Below are positions 18,535 through 26,535 of a DNA stretch of 64,000 nt, in pieces. Numbering within the stretch: the first letter of the stretch is position 1; every line of letters starts with the position of its first letter. Source of the DNA: an uncultured bacterium. Lineage in GTDB: Bacteria > Hydrogenedentota > Hydrogenedentia > Hydrogenedentales > JAEUWI01. The notes beneath the pieces are model-generated. The model did not search any database and was not told where the DNA came from. It saw only the letters and a list, made by a program, of their open reading frames with translations. The translations under genes and the position numbers were made by a program. The stretch spans positions 72 to 64,071 of the forward strand of contig CAXBPH010000005.1 of NCBI GenBank assembly GCA_963977445.1, in the 5' to 3' direction.

Positions 18535-19293
18535 TTACGGCGTGGCCCCGATGAGCATACCGCCGTCGACGACGATGGTCTGGCCCGTAACCAATTTACT
18601 GCCCACAACCAACCCGAGGATGGCGTCGGTTACATCTTCGGGACGGCACACTTTGTGGAGGGGCGACCGGTCTTCACATTGCTTCTTGACCATGTCGTAG
18701 GCAGGCCCCAGGCCTTGCTTCAGCCATTCGCCTTGAATGAATCCCGGGGCAACCGCATTCACCCGTACCTTCGGCGCACAGACCCGCGCCAGCGCCACGG
18801 TCATATTGAGCAAGGCCGCCTTGGACGCACAATAGGGTATGGAGCTGCCTGTCGCCGAAATACCCGCAATGCTCGCCACGTTGACCACACAGCCGTTGTC
18901 AGATTTCTTCAAGTACGGCAGCGCCGCGCGCACCATTTGAAAGGGCCCCTTAAGGTTCACCGACATGATGCGATCCCAATCATCGTCTCCCACCTGCTCC
19001 AGGGCATTGTGGGGGATAAAACTGGTGGTGCCCGCATTATTAATCAGGACATCTACGGCACCAAAGGCCTCTACCGTACGCTCGACGAGCATGCGGCACG
19101 ACGCATCCTTGCCAATATCGGCCTGCACGGCAATGGCACGACCGCCCAGCGCCTCGATCGCCTCTACCACCCCCTCGGCTTCTTCCTGGGAACTGCTATA
19201 GTTGACCGTCACGGCATAATTCTCTTTGGCCAGCGCCAGGGCCGTTGCCCGCCCTACTCCCCGGCTCGATCCCGTTACAATCGCGGTTTTCAT
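18535..19293 (-). CDS. Short-chain dehydrogenase/reductase (FabG-like SDR)
   Basis: Start at MKTAIVTGSSRGVGRA (TGxxxGxG). NNAG and YCASKAA motifs are present. The longer ORF to 19527 has no SDR-like N-terminus. Confidence 0.85.
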   Translation of the reverse strand: MKTAIVTGSSRGVGRATALALAKENYAVTVNYSSSQEEAEGVVEAIEALGGRAIAVQADIGKDASCRMLVERTVEAFGAVDVLINNAGTTSFIPHNALEQVGDDDWDRIMSVNLKGPFQMVRAALPYLKKSDNGCVVNVASIAGISATGSSIPYCASKAALLNMTVALARVCAPKVRVNAVAPGFIQGEWLKQGLGPAYDMVKKQCEDRSPLHKVCRPEDVTDAILGLVVGSKLVTGQTIVVDGGMLIGATP

Positions 19294-19493
19294 AGAACTA
19301 CTCACGGCCACACTCCTTTGGCATAGACAATTTGCCCGATTTGACGTACGCTGTAGATACGGCCACCACCGCACCGAAAATTCCACTAGGGAACCGAATT
19401 TCAGGTGCGCGTGACCTACTGAACGACTGGTAGGTAGGATGACACACGGCACGCCGAATCGCAAGCTGTTTGCCCCTGAAAGGAGGGTTAACC

Positions 19494-20654
19494 ATGGACG
19501 TTGAACTCCGCGAAGAGCAACGGGCATTGCGGGACATGATCAGAGACTTCGCCCGACAGGAAATCGCCCCCCGCGCGGCGGAACTCGACCGCCACCCCGC
19601 CTTCCCCCGGGAAAACTTCGACGCCATGGCATCGTTGGGCCTGTTGGGGCTCATGGTGCCCGAAGCCTACGGCGGTGCCGGAGGCAGCACCCTGGACCAA
19701 TGCATCGTGTCCGAAGAATTATCCTATGCCTGCTCCGCCACCGCCCTCTCCTACCTGGCTCACGCCGTCCTCGTCTGCCACAACCTCGCCTGCAACGGCT
19801 CCGAAGCGCAGAAACGTCGTTACCTCCCCGACCTGTGCAGCGGCGCAACCCTGGGCAGTCTCTGCATCACCGAACCCGGTGCCGGGAGCGACGCCCTGGG
19901 CATGCAGACCACGGCAGAACTACAAGGTGATCGCTGGTGCATCCATGGCAGCAAAACCTTCATCACCAACGCGACGGTGGCCGATATCTTTCTCGTCTAC
20001 GTGCGCACGGACCCCACGGACCGCAACCGGGGCCTCAGTCAGTTTATCGTGGAACGCAACACACCCGGACTCTCCGTGGGCCAGCCCTTCCACAAAATGG
20101 GTAACCGGGCCTCTCCCACCGCCGAAGTCTTTTTCGATGACTGCCTGGTACCGGATGAAAATCTCGTAAAGGGCCCCAACCACGCCCTCGGCATACTCAT
20201 GGGCAATCTCGACGTGGAACGAACCGTCGGTGCCGCTATGAGTGTCGGAGGGGCCCAGGCCGCATTCGACAAAGCCCTCCACTACGCCCACGAACGGGTC
20301 CAGTTTGGTCAATCCATTCTCGGCTTCGAAATGATACAGGATAAAATTGCAACCATGGCTACCCACATTGAAGCCGCCCGCTTACTCGTATGGAAAGCCG
20401 CCGCCCATTGCGATGGGGGCCGGCGATGCAGCAAGGAAGCCTCCATGGCCAAGCTCTTCGCGTCTGAAATGGCCAACCGCGTCACTTCGGAAGCGGTCCA
20501 GATCCTCGGCGGCTATGGCTACATGGAAGAATACGAAGTGGAGCGCATCATGCGGGACGCTCGCCTGGGCAGCATCGGCGCAGGCACCAGCGAAATACAA
20601 AAACTCATCATCGCCCGGAAAATCGCCCAGGAGACCTTCGGTACCCCTTCCTGA
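19494..20654 (+). CDS. Acyl-CoA dehydrogenase family protein (isovaleryl/short-chain type)
   Basis: AGGAGG RBS before the ATG at 19494. MDVELREEQ..., LGLLGLMVPEAYGGAG, ITEPGAGSD, GSKTFITNA and a C-terminal GGYGYMEEYEVERIMRDARL. Confidence 0.85.
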   Translation: MDVELREEQRALRDMIRDFARQEIAPRAAELDRHPAFPRENFDAMASLGLLGLMVPEAYGGAGGSTLDQCIVSEELSYACSATALSYLAHAVLVCHNLACNGSEAQKRRYLPDLCSGATLGSLCITEPGAGSDALGMQTTAELQGDRWCIHGSKTFITNATVADIFLVYVRTDPTDRNRGLSQFIVERNTPGLSVGQPFHKMGNRASPTAEVFFDDCLVPDENLVKGPNHALGILMGNLDVERTVGAAMSVGGAQAAFDKALHYAHERVQFGQSILGFEMIQDKIATMATHIEAARLLVWKAAAHCDGGRRCSKEASMAKLFASEMANRVTSEAVQILGGYGYMEEYEVERIMRDARLGSIGAGTSEIQKLIIARKIAQETFGTPS

Positions 20655-21290
20655 ACCACTCCATTACCCGCCAAAGGCAGCCTGGGGCAATCGCAGTAAA
20701 AACACTCGCAGAAGGCATAGCCTTTCCATTGCTAAACAATATAAGCCCCGGCGTGTCACCCGATCCGGTACACCGGTCGAAGATCCGCCGCAGGAGGATT
20801 CGGGTGCCTTGAGCCTCACGTACGGAGAGGACTGATGGATGACCTGGCAGTGGCCTTGTTTCCGTCTGAAAACTTACGCGAACCTAGCGACGGTGGCATC
20901 CAATTTATGCTGACAAAGGCCCGGGTAAAGGCACCCGAACCCGCTCTATGTACGACTACGCCGTACGAAGAGCGGGATCGGGTGGCACTATCGGATTGGC
21001 ATCGATGAATCTGGAAACCATCAAACCACTCTCGTTTACGGTTTCCGGCTCCTGGCCCCGACAAGGTAATACGTCGATGGTCTATCCATAATCCGCGTAG
21101 CGGATGCCAGTCTGTAGCCTGGGAGGTCAGTCCCAGGAAAAGGTCTCTATCGGGCTTGAATCCGCGAAGCGGATGGCACATAGGCTTTGCCATGGCATGC
21201 CAACCGGTTGAATACACCGAGCCAGTCCCCTAGACTAGGGAAGCAGTCGAAAAAGTCCCCCAACGGGGCAGCAGGGTTACCACCGGGGAA

Positions 21291-22052
21291 TTGGGAATGA
21301 AACTACGTGCGGTTTTGGAATATGGGTGGAAGGGGTGCGACGCGTTGCCCTACGCCACCGACTGGGACACCTTGGCCATCAAGGAAGACGAGTCCGAAGG
21401 CTACGACAGCGCCCTCGCTCGTATTGTGCAAGGTCACAGCGCGGTGCAGGGGGTGGACAAGCTTTTCCGCAGGCGTGGCGAGGCCGGGGTAGACCCCATA
21501 AAGCGTTTTGTCAAAGGCCTGCTGGAATGCGAGGAGGACGAGACCCTTACCTGCCACATTGATTATTTCGCCTACGTCTTTCTGAAAGGGGCGAAAAACT
21601 TCGACTTTTTCTTTCCCGCAGTGAAAGAGGATTCCAGCGAGCAATTGGCCCCCCTCTTCGGACCCGGCGGTGTGGAAAATATTGTCGAAGCCCTCCAGAC
21701 CTTTGAGCTGACCGGCTACGGCGTCGAAGACAAAGGCATTCGCTCGACCTACCTCGACGCCCGGCCCCTCGCCCAACGGGAAAGTGCACGGGACGAATGG
21801 CGGACCCTCGCCGTTCTCCTCTATAGCGGCCCCTCAACCCTCGACAGCATCTCCAAGGATCTCGGTCTCGGCTATACCCTGGCCGATCGCCTGCTGGTTC
21901 CCTTTCGCCGTTGCGGCCTGCTCTGCAAAGAAGGCAATGTCTACGCCCTCGAAACGGCCCCGGCAAAAATGGCCATTACCCTGGCCCTGCTACGGGCCGT
22001 CCTGGGACTCAACCCCCTGGAAGAGGAGCGGACCCTGTGGAAGCTATCGTAG
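21291..22052 (+). CDS. Hypothetical protein with a probable C-terminal winged-helix domain
   Basis: 253-aa ORF with protein-like composition. The C-terminal segment WRTLAVLLYSGPSTLDSISKDLGLGYTLADRLLVPFRRCGLLCKEGNVYALE resembles a MarR/ArsR-type wHTH. I recognise no family. Confidence 0.5.
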   Translation: MGMKLRAVLEYGWKGCDALPYATDWDTLAIKEDESEGYDSALARIVQGHSAVQGVDKLFRRRGEAGVDPIKRFVKGLLECEEDETLTCHIDYFAYVFLKGAKNFDFFFPAVKEDSSEQLAPLFGPGGVENIVEALQTFELTGYGVEDKGIRSTYLDARPLAQRESARDEWRTLAVLLYSGPSTLDSISKDLGLGYTLADRLLVPFRRCGLLCKEGNVYALETAPAKMAITLALLRAVLGLNPLEEERTLWKLS

Positions 22053-22933
22053 AAAACCTGGTCAATCCGTGGGTGCTGGCCTACATGCTTCTTTTGTTAT
22101 TCTCGGTCGTACTGCCGCGCCTCCTCGAAAAAGTGGCTGCCACCAACCGCGAAATTGACCGGCGGGACGCCAAACTTTTCGGCCCCCCCGTCATCGGCCC
22201 GGGATTTCGGCTGGAAACGAGCCGCAAGATCGCCTCGCGGGAGTTTGCTATTTTTGCGGCCATCGCCCTGCTCGCGCCATTCATCCTGGGGGCCATTGCC
22301 TACGTAAAGCACATGTATATCGGCATACCCGCTCCGGACAAGTTCAATTCCGTGCAAAAAAGTCTGGGTACGGCCTTCGTCGGACTCTTCATCTGGATTT
22401 CTGTAAGCGGCACAGAAACGGCCAAGGCCTTCTTCGGCGGTCTCGCCTTTCGCGCCCTGCTCGCCCAGACCCGCCCCTTTCAGGTCGGGGACCGAGTCAC
22501 CCTCGACGGGCACTCGGGACGGGTCGAGAGTATCGGCTTTTTCCATGTCTCTCTGGTCACACCCGATGATGACTTGGTGAGCGTGCCCACCTACCAGCTC
22601 TGGTCGGAGTCACTGGTATCCACCAATGCCGGCAATCGCAGTTCCCTATGCGTCATCGACTTCTACCTGTCCCCACGGGTAAATGCCGAGCAGCGAAAAA
22701 AAGCCGAGGCCATCATCCGGGATGCCGTCCAGGCCTCCATCTACTATGAGCCCGGCAAACCGCTGCAGACCTTATGTGATCAGGGCTTGGATGCCATTCA
22801 CTTTTGCGCGAAAGCCTATGTCTCAAGCACCTACCGCGAGTTTGAGTTTAAAGACGACGTGACGAAGAAGACCCTCGATGCCTTCGATGAACACAGCATA
22901 CCCCTCGCCTTACCCCGACGTTATGGGGAGTAA
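22037..22933 (+). CDS. Small-conductance mechanosensitive channel (MscS family)
   Basis: FQVGDRVTLDGHSGRVESIGFFHVSLVTPDDDLVSVPTYQLWSESLVSTN matches the MscS beta-domain signature. Three N-terminal TM segments. I propose the GTG start at 22037 after AAGAGGAG; it overlaps the upstream stop by 16 nt. Confidence 0.75.
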   Translation: MEAIVENLVNPWVLAYMLLLLFSVVLPRLLEKVAATNREIDRRDAKLFGPPVIGPGFRLETSRKIASREFAIFAAIALLAPFILGAIAYVKHMYIGIPAPDKFNSVQKSLGTAFVGLFIWISVSGTETAKAFFGGLAFRALLAQTRPFQVGDRVTLDGHSGRVESIGFFHVSLVTPDDDLVSVPTYQLWSESLVSTNAGNRSSLCVIDFYLSPRVNAEQRKKAEAIIRDAVQASIYYEPGKPLQTLCDQGLDAIHFCAKAYVSSTYREFEFKDDVTKKTLDAFDEHSIPLALPRRYGE

Positions 22934-22948
22934 GGAAGCGCCCGGCAC

Positions 22949-23968
22949 TCAGGGCATCTTCAACACCACACGAAATCGGGCGTTGCCACTCATCATGTGT
23001 TCGTAAGCCGCTTCCACATCTTCCAGCGGAAACACTTCGTTCATGGAACGCACGCCATTGAGCGCCGCGAAGGAAAGCGTAGCCTCGGCGTCGATGGAGG
23101 TTCCCGAATACCAGCCTCGAACGGTGTAGCTGCCACCGATCATCATGCCCGGATTTACCTCGAGAGACTCCGCCGCACCCAGCACCATAAGCGTGCCCCT
23201 GGGTGCCAGCCCCGGCATGGCCGCCGTCATAGCAGGGCCGTGGGTCACCGTGGCGATGATGGCCTTCGCCTTGCCCAGCTTCGTCAATGCCTCCGCCGGA
23301 TTCACCGCCTCACTGTCGATGTAATGGTCCGCACCAAGTGTCAGCGCCAGGTCGGCCTTGTCTTCGCCCCGCGCGATGGCCACGGTCTTAAAGCCCATCT
23401 TCCGGGCAAACTGCACCCCCAGATGACCCAATCCGCCAATGCCGAGTATGGCCACCGTATCCCCCGGAAGGGCCCCACAATTCCGTAAGGCATTGAAGGG
23501 TGTGAGTCCCGCACAGAGCAACGGGGCCGCATCCAGGGATGCCAGGCCCTCCGGCAAACAGGCAACGGCACTGGCGTGGGCAACCATGTACTCGGCATAG
23601 CCGCCATCGCAGGTCGTTCCCGTGATGGTGTGGGAGTCCTTCTCGCAGGCAAAGAAGTCCCCGCCCCGACAGGGACTACACTGGCTGCAATAGCCACCAT
23701 TCCAACCCACGCCAACCCGTTGGCCCGGTGTGAGCCGGGTCACCCCCGCCCCCACGGCATCCACCACGCCCACCACCTCATGGCCGGGCACCAGCGGGTA
23801 GGTCATCCCTGGAAATAGTCCCAGCTTGGCGAACATATCGCTATGGCAAACGCCGCAAGCTTCGACCTTGATACGCACCATTCCCGGATGAACCTCAGGA
23901 ATGGGACGGGCCACAATTTCAAAAGGCGCACCGGGTGCCGGTACCTGGGCAACACGCATCGTAGACAT
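22949..23968 (-). CDS. Zinc-dependent alcohol dehydrogenase (MDR family)
   Basis: Start at MSTMRVAQVPAPG with a GGAGG RBS. Motifs GVCHSD, GHEVVGVV and GIGGLGHLGVQFA (Rossmann). The ORF extension to 24259 runs through a repeat element. Confidence 0.85.
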   Translation of the reverse strand: MSTMRVAQVPAPGAPFEIVARPIPEVHPGMVRIKVEACGVCHSDMFAKLGLFPGMTYPLVPGHEVVGVVDAVGAGVTRLTPGQRVGVGWNGGYCSQCSPCRGGDFFACEKDSHTITGTTCDGGYAEYMVAHASAVACLPEGLASLDAAPLLCAGLTPFNALRNCGALPGDTVAILGIGGLGHLGVQFARKMGFKTVAIARGEDKADLALTLGADHYIDSEAVNPAEALTKLGKAKAIIATVTHGPAMTAAMPGLAPRGTLMVLGAAESLEVNPGMMIGGSYTVRGWYSGTSIDAEATLSFAALNGVRSMNEVFPLEDVEAAYEHMMSGNARFRVVLKMP

Positions 23969-24074
23969 ACTCAAACCTCCAATCGCTAAAGGGATAGTAA
24001 ATGTCGATCCAATTCGTTCATTTTCCATAGTACCACCAAGTCCCCGAACAAAAAAGTCGAATAAAGAAACGCGG

Positions 24075-24215
24075 CGGACCAACAGGGGGTTGACCATCAA
24101 ACAAATCTCACCAAAACTCCCAGCACTGTGCCACTGATACCAACCACAAAGAATACAGAGAACTTCATCCAACTTCTTTTTTGTGTTCTCTGCGTTCTCT
24201 GTGGTTAAAAAAACA
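24075..24215. repeat. Long-hairpin repeat element, copy 1 (about 125 bp)
   Basis: ...AACCACAAAGAATACAGAGAAC-loop-GTTCTCTGCGTTCTCTGTGGTT... It shares the flanks CCATCAAA.AAATC...ACTGTGCC.CT.A.ACC and ...GGTTAAA.AAAAA with the copy at 24585-24715. Confidence 0.8.
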
Positions 24216-24378
24216 AAAACCGAGCAACCACGATTCTCCCCGCCGCTCCTCACAACCAACCCAACGACAATAAATGCCCCCCGCTATCAGTACTACTATC
24301 CGGAACACGTTTGTTTTTCTCAACTATTTTTAGGAGACAACCTTCATAACACATTATCGCTGTATATTTTACAGAGCC

Positions 24379-24462
24379 GTCATCCTCGCGAACGCGGGGA
24401 TCCAGCAACGCGAGCACAGACGCCAATGATACCCGCTGGATTCCCGCGTGCGCGGGAATGAC
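24379..24462. repeat. REPIN-like inverted pair of REP-like palindromes
   Basis: GTCATCCTCGCGAACGCGGGGATCC (24379-24403) and GGATTCCCGCGTGCGCGGGAATGAC (24438-24462) are inverted and 34 nt apart. Each arm is itself a hairpin. The same family occurs at 60691-61063. Confidence 0.75.
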
Positions 24463-24584
24463 GTGTCGCCAATACTTGCTAGGTCAGGCGATTCTTCATC
24501 GTGCAGTTAGACTAAATCAACAGCCCCGAAGACGGGAAGGACGATCCATCTCAATTTGGTTGCGACCAATGGCTGCCTTGTGTC

Positions 24585-24715
24585 ATCCGAGGTCAACCAT
24601 CAAATAAATCCCCCCCAGAACTGTGCCGCTAAACCCAACCACAAAGAACGCAAAGAGCACGGAGAACTTCTTTTTTGTGCTCTCTGCGTTCTCTGTGGTT
24701 AAAGAAAAATACAAC
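24585..24715. repeat. Long-hairpin repeat element, copy 2
   Basis: AACCACAAAGAACGCAAAGAGCAC-loop-GTGCTCTCTGCGTTCTCTGTGGTT forms a 24-bp stem. The only imperfections are two A.C mismatches on the plus strand, which become U.G pairs on the minus strand. Confidence 0.8.
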
Positions 24716-24808
24716 GCCACACGACCGCACACCAGACATTGAATTTCACAAGCGCTCCCCGTACTATAAATTTCCACCTGGCATTACCTGATTCAACGGA
24801 GTTTCCCT

Positions 24809-26149
24809 ATGCGTTCTTCACTATCCTCCCTACTGCTTCCCGCAGCCCTCCTCTTATCCTCACCCTGGGCAAGCGCCGAACCCACCGTAACCGTCGTTGC
24901 CGAAGAACCGGTATACACCCTGGTCAGCCCCGACAATGGCGCCGGCCCCCTCTGGTGCTACGGCTGCACCCAGGTCGTCCGTGATGGCAAAAACGTCATC
25001 ATCAGCCAGATGGAAACCGGCGAAGGCGTCCCCCTCCTCTGCAATACCCGGTGGATTCTCCTTTCCCGAGGCGAAGAAGGCTGGAAGCCCTTTGCCGAAG
25101 CCGAAGGCTATCGTCAGCGCGAACCCTGTCCCTTGGGCGTCACCAAAGATGCCGGACTCTTCCTCTATGTCAACGACTCCCTCACGCCACCAGGAACCCA
25201 TTATCTGGAGTGTGAACCCCACCTGCTGAATTTCAAAGACACCCAGCCCGGCACCACGCCCAAAAAACTCTCCCCGAAATGGGATGAAGAACAACCCTAC
25301 TACACAGACCACTCCTATCGCGGTTTCGGCGTGGATGGTCCAAACAATGAATTGCTCATGCTGAATATCGACGCCAAGACCAGCATCCAGCACTGGTGCC
25401 ACCTCGATCAGAATGGTACGACCCTGGCCAATGGCGCGATTACGTTTCCCATCCGCTCGGCCTATCTGCAGGCAGCCCTGAGCAATCGCAGCGCCCATAT
25501 ACTCGCCATCAGCGATATTGTAGAACCCGTGGACGAATGGCGTGAATACAAATTCGCCCAGTCACAAAAAAAGTGGGACTACGTCTTTCGCATCCTCTAT
25601 TACACCTGGACCCCCGACACCACCAAGGCAGGCTTCGCCGAACCCATCGAAATCGCCAATGTGGACAAGACCGGCGGCTTCATCAGCAACCAGGATCTGT
25701 GGATTGCACCCGACGGAAGCGCCTACCTCATGTATCGTGAGCAAGAAGTGCAGTCCGCACTCATGCGTGACAAATTCATGCCCGACGGCTCCCTCATTCC
25801 CTCGCTCCACGTCGCCGTGGTGAAGGACGGAAAAATCGTTGATCGTATCGTCCTTGTAGAAGGGACCGACGCCCGCGCACCCGGCCATGCCCGTTTCCAC
25901 GCCACCCCCGACGGAAAGCTCTATGCCCTGACCAACATCAATGGCGAAGGTGGGGGAAACGTCCTCCTCCAGGTCTATCCCAAGGTCGAGAATCCTGTGG
26001 AGATCCCCGTGCCCCTGAAATCGGCCTTTGGCTCCTTCTGCCTTGCCAATACCCGAGCGGGCTGTGAACCCTCCAACACCATCGACATCTTCGGCTACGC
26101 CGGGGGGGGTAGCGGCGTTATGTCCTATGCCCAGTTAACCTTGAAGTAA
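24809..26149 (+). CDS. Secreted hypothetical protein
   Basis: 446-aa ORF with signal peptide MRSSLSSLLLPAALLLSSPWASA. I recognise no family. Confidence 0.6.
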   Translation: MRSSLSSLLLPAALLLSSPWASAEPTVTVVAEEPVYTLVSPDNGAGPLWCYGCTQVVRDGKNVIISQMETGEGVPLLCNTRWILLSRGEEGWKPFAEAEGYRQREPCPLGVTKDAGLFLYVNDSLTPPGTHYLECEPHLLNFKDTQPGTTPKKLSPKWDEEQPYYTDHSYRGFGVDGPNNELLMLNIDAKTSIQHWCHLDQNGTTLANGAITFPIRSAYLQAALSNRSAHILAISDIVEPVDEWREYKFAQSQKKWDYVFRILYYTWTPDTTKAGFAEPIEIANVDKTGGFISNQDLWIAPDGSAYLMYREQEVQSALMRDKFMPDGSLIPSLHVAVVKDGKIVDRIVLVEGTDARAPGHARFHATPDGKLYALTNINGEGGGNVLLQVYPKVENPVEIPVPLKSAFGSFCLANTRAGCEPSNTIDIFGYAGGGSGVMSYAQLTLK

Positions 26150-26429
26150 ACCCTTCGAACATCCGGAGGCGCAACAATGACGCCTCCGGGTGGAACCATC
26201 ACAAAATAAATTCATGGGCACGTAGTGGCGATTGCCCAAAAGAAACTTCGGTCACCAGACGTGCCGCGCAATCTTCACCATACGAGTCTAAACGAGTTTG
26301 CTGAAATTCGTGCGCTCCACACGCACGACCCAGCGCTTTTTGTGTGAAATCGAGCGCATTTCAACAAAATCGGCCCCGGCCCCGCCCCTGTCCCTCTCCC
26401 CCGTTTCCATGCTATGGTAGAGGGAGCGG

Positions 26430-26444
26430 TGGCACGATTCCGGC
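26430..26444 (+). promoter_or_regulatory. Possible sigma-54 promoter upstream of the giant surface protein gene
   Basis: TGGCACG-ATTC-CGGC has a perfect -24 element and correct GG-N10-GC spacing, but the -12 element is degenerate (CGGC instead of TTGC). It is about 90 nt upstream of the ATG at 26536 and shares TGGCACGAT with the 50606 site. Confidence 0.35.
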
Positions 26445-26535
26445 CCGGTCACGGCAGGCTGGGCCGGAAATACCTCTTCGATGTAACCGCGCTCAGTTTC
26501 TACGACCCGAAGCCCGTTGCCGCGTGAAAGATTCT

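Noticed and set aside
20790-21060. Possible RNase P RNA: GATGAATCTGG, GGTAAAGGCACCCGAA, a GTACG...CGTAC hairpin and CCGGCTCC loosely echo E. coli M1 RNA motifs; GAAAAAGTCCCCC at 21250 echoes CR-I
   Set aside because: No GAGGAAAGTCCGG core occurs in the right position. The P4 helix (AAG(U)CCGG with CCGGCUU) cannot be formed. The ACAGAA motif is absent and the span is too short. It is kept only as an unassigned structured region.
21173-21190. TGGCAC-ATAGGCT-TTGC upstream of the 21291 gene as a sigma-54 promoter
   Set aside because: The spacer is 7 nt rather than 5 nt, and sigma-54 spacing is essentially invariant.
18535-26535. Longest-ORF N-terminal extensions (18535-19527, 22949-24259, 26344-26535 and, elsewhere, 61098-62153)
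   Set aside because: The extensions lack family similarity and cross repeat elements or promoter regions. Internal starts with an RBS and signal peptides or conserved N-termini fit better.
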